Shown piece after piece: positions 47,780 through 59,502 of a stretch of DNA of 64,000 nt (position 1 is its first letter; every line of letters starts with the position of its first letter). The position numbers were made by a program, and so were the translations under genes. Location of the stretch: assembly GCA_003344405.1 (NCBI GenBank), contig NOWV01000017.1, positions 310,001 to 374,000 of the forward strand, in the 5' to 3' direction. The notes under the pieces were generated by a model that saw only the letters and a program-made list of their open reading frames with translations, did not search any database and had not been told where the DNA came from. This stretch comes from Trichoplax sp. H2. Lineage: Eukaryota.

Positions 47780-48136
47780 TCTACCGCATCCAAATTTACG
47801 ACAGTATCTAGCATGTGTCAATAGGGTAGTCGATGTAGATCAAATAGCTGGCGAAATTGGATGCTGACATTAAATTGCAAGTTGAAACGATCAGGATGAG
47901 TTGCAACGAGCTGCAAGAGGTCCAGCTAACGACACTTTGAGCTAGCGTCAGTCAGCAAGTGTCGCAGGTCAAAATGAGAAGGCTGACTTTTCTTTTGCTA
48001 TTTTGTTGGGTTATTTGACTGTCTCGGAAGACTGGAACCGTACACCGTACTATGATCAACTTCGATACCGATGTACAGAAGTACAGACTAGGGAAATGGT
48101 CAGCCTACAGTACATATTTTCGACGAGGGTTACAGT

Positions 48137-48905
48137 ATACAGTACAGTATAAGGGTTCATTGACTATCCCTAGCACCTACAGTACAGTACCGTGTACAAT
48201 ACTGTACTGTACTGTAGTTATTACGGCAAGATTTTTGGTACAGTGTACAGTTTACAGTACAGCGATGTGCATCGAATTACAGTACTGTAGATCTCTTCCA
48301 TTTTCTCTACAGTACTGTACTGTACAGTATAGTTCAAGCTGTTCAAAAGGAAATTTCTTATATACAGTACAATACTGTGGAGAAAATTGAAGGGATCTAA
48401 TTCAATGCACACCACTGTACAGTACTGTACTTCAGATTTTTTTAGTAATTAGCACCGTAGCCTCACAACGATGAAGATTAGCTTACATATATTATTAATA
48501 TTTTATTTAAATCTTTACAGTTTTACACATTGTAAATTTATTTTAATTCAATGTCATCTTAGAACTCCTCAAATTGAAATTTAGAAGATGTTGCCATTAC
48601 TCAAGAAGAAAATACATAAATGATAATTATCGTGATTTAATGTTGTAGTTTTGTACTGTACAGTACAGTACAGTATAAGGGTTCATTGAATATCCCTAGC
48701 ACCTACAGTACCGTGTACAATATTGTACTGTAGTTATTACGGCAAGATTTTTGGTACAGTGTACAGTTTACAGTACAGTGATGTGCATTGAATTAGATCC
48801 CTTCCATTTTCTCTATAGTTCAAGCTGTTCAAAAGGAAACTTCTTATATGCAGTACTGTTGAGAAAATTGAAGGGACCTAATTCAATGCACACCACTGTA
48901 CTGTA
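48137..48905. repeat. Direct duplication of a ~250-290-bp block (copies ~48137-48420 and ~48660-48905)
   Basis: TATAAGGGTTCATTGA.TATCCCTAGCACCTACAGTA..GTTATTACGGCAAGATTTTTGGTACAGTG.. is present twice, about 525 bp apart. Confidence 0.93.
48776..48898. mobile_element. Tc1/mariner-type MITE (123 bp) flanked by TA; a second, footprint-interrupted copy lies at 48260-48417
   Basis: TA|CAGTGATGTGCATTGAATTAGATCCCTTCCATTTTCTC ... GAGAAAATTGAAGGGACCTAATTCAATGCACACCACTG|TA: 38-bp terminal inverted repeats with 3 mismatches, CAGTG termini and TA on both sides. Confidence 0.8.
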
Positions 48906-49752
48906 CAGTACTGTACACTAAAAAAATCTGAAGTACTGTACAGTACTGTACTTCGGATTTTTATTTTACTGTCCTTCAGATAAGATTTAAGATTGAGAAG
49001 TCCCTGAAGTACAGTACAGTACTGTACAGTACTGTACATTGTACAATACTTGATGGTCTAGTACAGACGTCAGGACCACTGGACCGGACCGATTCAGTAC
49101 TGTAGCGTCCTTTACGTACAGTTTCGTAGATGATAGACAGACAGACTCTCTCATTGTACATTATAGGGTACACACCAGTACTAGAAAAAGAAGAGGGACA
49201 GCAGCAAGACGGACATGGTGATGGCTCCGGCTGTACAGTGTACAGTGTACAGTACCGTCGTGGACAGTACAGTGGACAGTACTGTACAAGTCACGGGTTG
49301 CTGGTAGAGTTCCTCGAAAGCTTGTTGTGATCGTCACATGATGTTTGCGTCATTTTAACATCACATGCTGCGCCTGTTGAAGTGTTGATGAACGTCATCA
49401 TGTCCAACCTGGTCTATAGTAACAGTATGGGCGACACCAGAGTCGGTGTTGTTCATCAGCCAAGTTCATCAGTGAATTTAATGAAGCCGTCATGGCCACT
49501 CCATTGTACTGTACAGTACTATCGACTGAACCGTACCGTACCGTACCGGTCTAATGTACAGTACAAGACAGCAATAAATTATTATTCTGTTACTTCACTC
49601 AGACCATCCAGATATTTTTTTAATTTTCACTGGCGGTGCACCAAGCTTTTGCATTGCCTCTTAGCACAAATTAACCAGTTTTTCCTCATATTGGAGGTTA
49701 TTCTTTTGATGACATACCCATTACTTTAAGGGAAAGACTTGGATTCATCAAG

Positions 49753-52700
49753 ATGGTTTCGTTATTTCGTTCGGAAGAGATGACGCTCGCTCAGCTCTTT
49801 TTACAGTCCGATTCTGCTTATGCTTGTGTTCGAGAATTGGGAGAATTGGTAAGAATTTTTTTGTTGGCCACTGCTGTTCAAAAGACAATCTAGTCGTCTC
49901 ATAGTTGAGAGAGATATTCTACAATGTTGTAATGACCATCAGTTTGCCTACTTTCCAATCCATATTTCAACATGGATTCCTATTGCTGCTATCCGATATG
50001 TCAGAGTAGAGAGTACAATTGGGTCGTACAATACAGGACAGCGGCAAAAGTGCACATCCACTTCCAAACAAATTTCTCATTGAAAACTTGACTTTACTCG
50101 TATATATACAGTAGACACCACTCATGTCAATCCTACCGCTTTCTTGATTTTCCCTTTTTAGTCTTAATTTCTTTTTTTTCGCTTGCAATACTTTCAGTTC
50201 TATTGAAAATGATCGATAGTAATAGTCAGTCATGGCGGTTGGACTGCTAACTATCTTGTCGATAATTAATAATATACAGTACTGTATATATATATATATA
50301 TATACTATACAATGTACATGGGATCGCCATTTCCATAACAACTTATGCAAAGGGTGAAGTCATGGTGCAAGTTCTGTAGACTCTACTTCTCGCGACAAGT
50401 ACTGTATACTTAAAGGTTAATAAAGTAAATCAATCAGTAGTATGACAATGTCTTAACGAGTAGTAACTTGACTTGCTGGAGAACAACTCCGAAACGAACA
50501 GGCCAAAAAATCATGTACTTTTACAGAATACAATATCGGATGGCGACAACATCGCTAATCCTGCACAAGTAGTTTTTTACTCTCATCAACAGTAAAATGT
50601 ATCGGCCTTGGGCGCAAAAATAGATTCATAACTACACTACAAAGTGGCTAATCTATCATACCTTGTAGCGAGGCTATACTAAAGTATCGACATTTCTGTC
50701 TTTAAACAACCAAAGATTACTGTAAATTGTTAACTAATTTTGACCAGCTTTATTAATCAAGTGCTACTAATTAGCATACTAATAATGGGCTTTTTCTTAA
50801 CCATTCTTTTAGGGCAAGGTGCTATTTCGTGATGTAAGTTGATTAACTAGCGTTAATTATTATTCTTAAATACTCAGCAGATGAACTGTGTTCATTGAAA
50901 CGTCAATTTATAAAAAATATGTTTTTACAACTGGATTTAATAATCCAAAGTGAAATAAATTATCTCATACGATGATAACATTGTGCTTTTTTTGATCTTA
51001 TACAGCTGAATCCTGATGTTAATGCTTTTCAAAGAAAATTTGTCTCGGAAGTAAGACGATGTGATGAGCTAGAACGAAAACTTCGTAAGTAGCGCTTATG
51101 TTACATCGTCATAGTTTAGAAGAAACAGTGTCTAGTTTCACTGTACAGTATTGTTTAAAATGCATACACTACGCTCTGTACCTGTTGTACTAATAGAATC
51201 CTGTAGAAGAAGCAAGTACTTGAAGAGAAATTTCCCATTTGTTATTACCTAGAACTATGTATGCCCTTGATTATTATTTTAATTTCATGTCCAACAATTA
51301 CGATTGTCAAAGGTTTTCTTAAAGCTGAAATGGAAAAGGAATCCATTCCCATTAAAATGGTGGAGACTGACTACACTGCTCCATTGCCAAGAGAAATGAT
51401 CGATTTAGAGGTCAACAAATGCTCTTTTAGTAACCGACAAAAATTTATGCAACAAATACTTTGATCGATATGATAGATAGTATTAACCGATAGATTATAA
51501 TTATAAGTACTGTACAGTACATTGTAATCCTGTACAACCTTAGAATCGTGATAAAAATACAGTACTATAATTTAACGAATACACGTTATCGCTGTACATT
51601 GTGTACAATAGATATGTTATCCAAATTCTTAAAGCTTTAAAGATGATAATATTGATTATTACATAAATATGTATAAACATTTTAGGCTAGATTGGATCAT
51701 TTTGAGACTGATATTAGGGAAATCAATAAGCATCAGATGGCTTTGAAAAAAAATCTACTTGATTTGATCGAGTTTAGAGCTATTTTGTCAAAAGCAAGCC
51801 ATTTCTTCATCGAGGTAAATTAACGCAAGACTTTATTTTTACAAATTTTTAGTTTATGGTAGATTTTTAACAATACAATAAGATCAGTTTCGACCAATGG
51901 AATTGCTCCTATAAAAAAAGTTGTCGCTTTTATCTGAAAGCAATCATGAATTATTGATGGATATCATCCATTATTTGATAATATTTTTCTGTACCATAGG
52001 CAGAAGATGCTGTATTTCATCAAGCACAAGAAGTAGTACCTGATGAAGGAAGCAAATCTCTTTTAATTGAAGATGGAATGCCAGAAAAATCGATTCAGTC
52101 ATCACGACCAATGAGGTTAGAAATCGCATTATAGCGATTCATTCTGTAGAATTTTCTATCGTCCAATACTAATTATACAATTGTTGTTCTTCAACAAATT
52201 TCATAGCTTCTTATCTGGTGTAATTAACCGAGATCATCTCGCCGCGTTTGAACGAGTTATTTGGCGGACTTCTCGTGGTAACGCTTTCTTTCGCCATGTA
52301 GAAATCGAGACACCGTTAGAAGATCCCAAAACGGTTATTATAATTATTGCATATACAGTATTGAAAAAGTATTGAAGTAATTAAAGTACTTAGCTAGTAA
52401 TGGTATACTGTACAGTACGTACGAGTATAAATATATATATATATATATATACAGTATATTGACATATATATATATACTTCAAGTCATGAGATATTCTTAT
52501 AACCTCTAAACAATAAAATTCAGGGTGATATGATTAGCAAGTGTGCTTTCATGATATTTCTACAAGGCAATCACTTAAGATCACGTATGATGAAAATCTG
52601 TGAAGGGTATGTACCATTTTGTTTGGTTCATTTTAGTCCCTACGTCACTTGTGGTACTAATAAAAGTAACTTGTATTAAGATACAGAGCTAGCGATACAT

Positions 52701-55700
52701 GATATGCTTGCTATAACCTAATAGTCTAAACACATTACGTTGAAAGATTTTCCGCAACGGTTTATCCGTGTTCTGATAATGCTGAGGTAAGACGCGATGC
52801 CTACGCGCAAGTAGAAACTAGAATACAAGATCTAAAATCGGTAAGAAAAAACGACGTTGAAAACAAAATTTACAGATTTATTGGATAGAACTTTATTACG
52901 AATGACGTGTTGTTTATTCTCCTATTTAGGTTATAAATGAGACGGAGGATCATCGCTATCGCGTCTTAAATGGAACGTCAAATGATCTTGTCATGTGGAT
53001 GATTCAGGTATTAGATATTCATCTTGATGCAATCACGAAATTCGTTATCCTAACAAGGTATATACCTTTACAATCGAATCAGACGAAAAAGATGAAAGCA
53101 ATTTACCACACCTTAAATATGTTCAACGTTGATATTACCCAAAAATGTTTAATTGCTGAGTGTTGGTGCCCTGTACAAGAACTGGATAACATTCAGTGTG
53201 CGTTGAAACGCGGAACTGTAAGTATAAGTAAACGTGACCAACAAGATAAAAATTGTTGGCTTCACCTGAAATTAACAACGCCAATTTTTTTCATTGGTAT
53301 TAACGACTAATGTACTACTGTCTTACCTCCAGGACTTGAGTGGATCGTCAGTACCTTCAATATTAAATCGTATGATAACGAAACTTGAACCCCCTACGTA
53401 TTACCAATTAAATAAGTTCACATCTGCTTTCCAAAATATTGTTGATGCTTACGGTGTAGCAACCTATAGAGAAGCTAATCCAGGTAACAACTGAAGCTAA
53501 AGTGTTTTATGTACCCCTTTGATAAATATCTTGAAAATGTAGACATAAACTTTTTGATATGAGAAACTAACTAGATAGTTTTATTTTAGCTTTATTTACC
53601 GTCATTACATTTCCATTCCTATTTGCGGTGATGTTTGGCGATTCTGGCCACGGATTGTTAATGTTTTTATTCGGATTATGGTTGGTACTCAACGAAAAGA
53701 AATTCACTCGGCAAAAGAATATGGGAGAGGTGCTATATTTGAGCTAGAGGCAATTTAGATAGATATTTTTCTTTCTTATCTGACATGCTGCCACCTTGTG
53801 CGACAGATTTTTAATACCATCTTTGGTGGAAGATACGTTGTACTGTTGATGGGTATATTTGCAGTCTATACCGGACTTATATACAATGACTGTTTCTCGC
53901 TTTCGTTCAATATTTTTGGTACCAGTTGGACTTTTCCAAATATTAGGTAATAGTATTTATAATTTTTATGTTAACTGTTGCATTTCTACTTATATTAACT
54001 TGTTATATCTACCAATATTAATTTTATTCTTTAAATCATTCCAATGCAGTGAGGGTTTTCTCCATGATCATCCTACTTATCAACTGGATCCGAATGTTTC
54101 GTTTCCTGGTGGTCCTTATGTATTTGGAATAGATCCAGTAGGTTTTAGTTGGTGCATTATTCGTAGCCAGCTAAATTATCTTATGTGTAACATATATGGT
54201 AATATTTTCCTTTTCCCCAGATTTGGCAGACTGCAATCAATAAGCTTACATTCTTAAATTCTTATAAAATGAAGTTATCAGTCATATTTGGTGTATTCCA
54301 GATGCTTTTTGGTGTGATTTTAAGTCTTTATAACAGCTTGTAAGAAAGAATTTATATTTCCTATTAAAATAGTATTTGCAAATCTACTTATTGTACTAGC
54401 ATCAATGTAACTATTGATAAACTACGTTGCAGGTATTTCAAGAAATATAGCAACATATTTTGTGAATTTATTCCTCAAGTATGTAAATTTTGATCATATT
54501 ATTTCGTAAACATCGCCTTGTTCGTGCAATTGATACGTTATCATTGGTTCATTGGACTAGGTATTATTTTTGAATGCTCTTTTCGGATATCTTGTTGCAC
54601 TAATTTTTTATAAATGGATAGTTGTTGACGTACGAACAGAACCGGTAAGTTTCTATCTTCAGATCCATCGCCAGTAGAATTAACTAATTTTCCACATTTA
54701 TTCAATAATTTTATGCTACATATGTTTCAACATTAAATCTGATTTATGTATTATAAAATATGTAGTCAATTATTAAATCTTAAATTGATATACCGTATTT
54801 TGTTGCAACTCTAATAGCAACCTAGGTTATTGATTCTGATGATCAACATGTTTATAAAATTCGCGCAAAAGCTTCAACCCAGTGAGATTTTATATCATGG
54901 ACAGGTATAGCAGTATAATATGTTATAAGCTAAAGGAAAAGCAGTATTTATTAGCTCACAGAAAAGACTAATGAATTATTTCTATTCTTGATAGGAAACT
55001 GTTAATTTAGTTTTAGTTGTGGTAGCAGTTCTTTGTGTACCGTGGATGCTTCTCATAAAGCCATTTTATTTAAGATGGAAACATAAGAGAAAATTGCGTA
55101 GCTACAGGCCGGTATGTTGTTGACTTTGTGATGTATTCAATTTACCTTGTAATGATGGTTCTTTAACTTCCTCTCTTCATATATGTGAGTTTAGATAACA
55201 ATTGTATGTAACAGATGCAGAAATGGGATTGAAACTAACATGCCATAATGATTATATTTCAGAAAACGAGGAAAGGCGGTAATGTTTACGTACAACTATC
55301 TGATGACGATGGCATGAATGATGAGTATACCACTTATCACAATGATGAAAGTCAACTATCTGAGAATTCATATGACGAAGAGGAAGAGGTATTAAACAGA
55401 AATTTTTGTACACTTATGTTGTTATCATCAAGATAACTAAGAGAGCACTGCCCAAATGATTCAAATTAATAATCATTTTTAGTTTGACTTTGGCAACATT
55501 ATGGTCCTACAAGCAATTCATACAATCGAATTTTGCTTGGGATGTATCTCTAACACGGCGTCGTACCTACGATTGTGGGCATTGAGTTTAGCACATGCAG
55601 GTAACTTAACCTACGTAGCTCTTTTAGCACAATACTTTTCTATCGTGACGTACGTAAATTGCTTAAAGTCAAAACATTTCTTGATTTGCCTATTATTTAC

Positions 55701-56061
55701 TGTTTTAGAGTTGTCCGAAGTACTTTGGAATATGGTCCTTCACATTGGTTTATCTTTCAAGGGTTATGTTGGTTCTCTGTTGATTTTTGCTACTTTCTGT
55801 GGTTGGGCTGGCTTAACTATCGCAATTTTGCTCGTAATGGAGGGATTATCAGCTTTCTTACACGCTTTGCGACTTCACTGGTAAAGTCATAACTATGCCT
55901 ATAGTGTTGTGTATGTAGACTGAGGAAAATCTTAAATCAATTTATTTCGAAATAGGGTCGAGTTTCAGAACAAATTTTATTCTGGTGAAGGGTATCTTTT
56001 CGACCCTTTCTCTTTCGAAAAAATGCTTAAAGAGGATGAAGATTTAGAAGATATACTATAA
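49753..56061 (+). CDS. ATP6V0A: V-type proton ATPase V0 subunit a (116 kDa), paralogue 2, multi-exon
   Basis: Starts [33 protein letters not shown]. Motifs: [63 protein letters not shown] and [22 protein letters not shown]. Ends [12 protein letters not shown] at 56059-56061. Confidence 0.96.
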
Positions 56062-57396
56062 ATATGGAGTAACTTAATCAATTTGATTGCTGTATTGTGA
56101 CGTTCAATGTTTGTTTCACAATATAAACTCTTTCATTAATGTGTAAAAATGGTTCATGCTTGAAATTGATATAACTATAAAATAGAATCATTTATGATAA
56201 AAATTGTGAAAGTTTTGAGTTAGTTTTGAATTAATATCGGTAATTAAACGTAAGAAGAAATTATGAAATAAATTGATGACGTCATTATTCTATATACGTA
56301 TCTTTAGATCATTCTACGTGGCAAAATTTTCTTGTTGGGTTATTGAGAGTAAATTAATACAGTACGATATAATCAATTAGTTGATTGAATATTAAGAGTT
56401 GAATAGTAACGTGTTAATTCACCGTTGGCTGAGGCTATAGTTAGATGATATGGTCCTGTTTCTAAAATTAGACTGCATGGTATGGTGATTACAAATGTAG
56501 AATACATGTATACGAATGTATTGCTCGTGAGCTACGGTAACGAAAGGAGGATTATAGGTGTACACTGTACTGTATATATACCGTAGAAGCCATTTTACTA
56601 TTTCAGTTGCGAAGGCACGATTAGAGCTGTTGTAAACAATTGACAATTAGTTGATACTGAATATGCGTAAAATTCATTACGATCGTAATCTCATTTCAAC
56701 TGCAATCACCGTTCCTACCATATCTTGACATAATTAATGAAACAAGAATCAACGCCTGTGTTAACATTTTCTTTATTAAGCACATCTATCTATATTCACG
56801 TAATACATCAAATAAAGTATATTCCGCGCCGTCTTATTACAGTTCTGTGAGAATTTACGGAATAGCTTGCACAATGTACACTGTACATCGCTGCAGCATT
56901 GCAATGACTACCGGTAGCTCGAACGCATGCAGCAACTAATCTGTTAATTATTTAATTTTTTAGAATATTATAATAATGACAAGAAATAGTTATCTAAAGT
57001 CATACATAACATGGTCACTAAAACGTATATGTTTTTCAACTTGTATATTGTAGAATAAATGTATTGATATTGATTTTACATGCTTTACAAACCAAGAAAA
57101 GTCAACGATGATAATATATAATTGAGAGTTATCATTACATATGTTCAATGGCTGCTGTAAAGATTTGTTAACTTAAAACTAAATTAAATACCGATGAGCT
57201 CTTTAAAAGACAGAATTTTGAATGTAATTACTGCATAAGAAATTATATTCAAGTTATTATCAGTTATAAAACATGTAAATGCATTAGATAGATAGGATAC
57301 GTTAATACAAAAGCTATTGCAATTTTAATACTATCATCGAGACTAAGTCGCTAGCTACAAGATATTCATACAATTAGTACAATAACACAGCATTTA

Positions 57397-59502
57397 TCAT
57401 CGACTACTATCGATACAAAAGTTTACATGGTGTTCAAATGCATCGTAACCGTTCACTATGGGGAATTCACTGCTACAAACAGGGCAGACGTAATTATCGC
57501 TGTGCGATTGGCGATCATCACTAGGTGGCTGCGGAGTTGTACTTGTTGGTGGTGGATATGTGAATGTGAATTCACCAGTACTTTGTCCTGGACGAGACGT
57601 AGGTTGTGGCGGAGGAGGATGTGAGGATGGAGCGGGATTTCTAAGTGCGGCTGGCTGCGTCTCATAATTGTTTTGCCAACCTGTTGTAAATTCAGATGAC
57701 AAATTAGGAGTGTTACGAGGAGCATTACGGTTAGTGCCATAAATGTCTGTGCCCATGCTAGCAGGTGCATAAAAACTTTCTGAGTAGACGTTTCCAGTAA
57801 TAGCTGGATTATTTGCTATATTTCCACTTGTAGCAATAGCAGTTGTAATTAGATGTGTCCCATCAGTGCTAGATTGTTCTGTTGTATTTGATGCAACTCT
57901 TTCGTTACCTTGGTTTTCGCTTGATGACGATGTCGATATTGTCGGTTGGGTTTTACTGACTGGTATTTTATCCATCTTTTCCAGAAGTATTCTCATCTGC
58001 AGTTGCATAGCCTGTAAACATTCATGATCCTTTTTCCTTTCCTCCGATTCCGCATTTTTTAACTGAAGGATTTGATCTTTAGCTGAATCTAATTGTCTTG
58101 TTAAATTGAGGATATCGTCTTTTAATTGGCTGTTTTCATTTTGTAATTCCTTTTGTTTTTCGAGGGAAGCATTTTTTCCCTGCAACTGCTGATTTAACTG
58201 ATTAACCCTGGAAAGAAGATCTTCTGTAACACGTTTACGTGCTGTTAAATTTTCTAAGCAAACGTTAACAGCACGCCGTGCTTTTTCGCTGTGCATAGCC
58301 TGAATATCATTCTCTCGTAGGATGTCAAATAATTGCGGGCAACCATCGGAAATGTAATTGATTAAGGGCCAAATAAGTTCTAGTTTAGCATTGATTACGC
58401 CATGAGTTACTTGTTGATTTGGCCTAGGGTAAGAGCTAGCATTATCATTGACAGAAGTTTTGGATGAAGAGATAGTATCTAAATTAGAAGTAATAAGATG
58501 TTGCAATTTTTGATCGTCCAATTTATCATTACGCATTTTATTAAGCTGCTCCATTGGCATGCTTGTAGAGACCTTCTCCGTATTGATATTAGGCAAATTT
58601 GAATTGTTTAAGGAATGAGAAGGCGTAAGCCTTCTATCCTGGCTGAAAGTATCGGCTTTGCCAACCAATGTCGATGTCGTCGTGGCGACTTCTGCCTGAC
58701 CATTATGGTTGGATTGGTCTAGTTTCGAGTTGTTATTGGAAGTTGGTGCATTGTCATGTTGTATCTGGCCTACTGAAGGCATGGTATATGGATGTACTTG
58801 TCCGTTATTAGTCTGTTTCACAAGTTCTGGAGTAGTAGATCGAGAGCTATTGGTAGATTGCGTCGCCTGCGATTGTTGAACGTGAACAAGTGTTCGACTG
58901 TTTGAAGAAGAGTCTTTCTGTTGGATATTGAGTGGGTTAGAATTGGTGCCTTGGCCAGGCTGATTTGGAGTGGAAGAATTGGTTGGTTGCGTTGTATTAT
59001 TGACAGAAATTATTCCTTGCATGTTAACGTTATTATTACTACTATTGGTCATGAGTGGAACGTTACTATTACTGGTGGTCGTACTACGTTGAAGGTCGAC
59101 AAAGAGCATGGATTCACTTTCAGTGACATTGGCAGGAACAGTAGGAGAAATTTTAAATTGGCGACTTCTACCTCGAACCAGTGTTCCTTTTGATATATAA
59201 CATAGCTGATATTCATCCTCCACATCTTTGGGCAGAGTACTGGCTGGAAAGAGTAAAGTATGATCATCTTGATTATTGGAAGCTCGAATCCAATGAAATC
59301 CTAAATACTCTCTCAGTGATCTCCATCCGATCTTATAAAGACCAACCCAATCATCTGCCGATGGTGTATCATGGCCACGATGGCGATACTGGCAGACAAT
59401 ATCTTCACCCGGTACATAACAAGCTCTTACACCTGTAAATTCGACCTCTTCTGTATCCGCTAATTGTCTTGCAGATGATCCAAGCGACATTCCAGAAAAC
59501 AT
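57397..59502 (-). CDS. TAX1BP1: SKICH-domain / coiled-coil / C-terminal UBZ zinc-finger protein (TAX1BP1/CALCOCO2 selective-autophagy receptor family), single coding exon, 701 aa
   Basis: N-terminal SKICH domain (VEFTGV..Y..DWVGLYKIGWRSLREY..LFPASTLP..YQLCY..G.VRGRS..F), followed by SMLFV at the position of the non-canonical LIR. A heptad-rich coiled coil (LLSRVNQLNQQLQ..LKDDILNLTRQL) precedes a terminal CPVC..F......FEHHVNFC finger. The gene symbol is a family-level assignment only. Confidence 0.85.
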   Translation of the reverse strand: MFSGMSLGSSARQLADTEEVEFTGVRACYVPGEDIVCQYRHRGHDTPSADDWVGLYKIGWRSLREYLGFHWIRASNNQDDHTLLFPASTLPKDVEDEYQLCYISKGTLVRGRSRQFKISPTVPANVTESESMLFVDLQRSTTTSNSNVPLMTNSSNNNVNMQGIISVNNTTQPTNSSTPNQPGQGTNSNPLNIQQKDSSSNSRTLVHVQQSQATQSTNSSRSTTPELVKQTNNGQVHPYTMPSVGQIQHDNAPTSNNNSKLDQSNHNGQAEVATTTSTLVGKADTFSQDRRLTPSHSLNNSNLPNINTEKVSTSMPMEQLNKMRNDKLDDQKLQHLITSNLDTISSSKTSVNDNASSYPRPNQQVTHGVINAKLELIWPLINYISDGCPQLFDILRENDIQAMHSEKARRAVNVCLENLTARKRVTEDLLSRVNQLNQQLQGKNASLEKQKELQNENSQLKDDILNLTRQLDSAKDQILQLKNAESEERKKDHECLQAMQLQMRILLEKMDKIPVSKTQPTISTSSSSENQGNERVASNTTEQSSTDGTHLITTAIATSGNIANNPAITGNVYSESFYAPASMGTDIYGTNRNAPRNTPNLSSEFTTGWQNNYETQPAALRNPAPSSHPPPPQPTSRPGQSTGEFTFTYPPPTSTTPQPPSDDRQSHSDNYVCPVCSSEFPIVNGYDAFEHHVNFCIDSSR

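Noticed and set aside
48052-49330. Short ORFs rich in TVQY/CTVLY (also at 13576-13903 and 38525-38930)
   Set aside because: These are translations of the CAGTA/CTGTA tracts, not plausible proteins.
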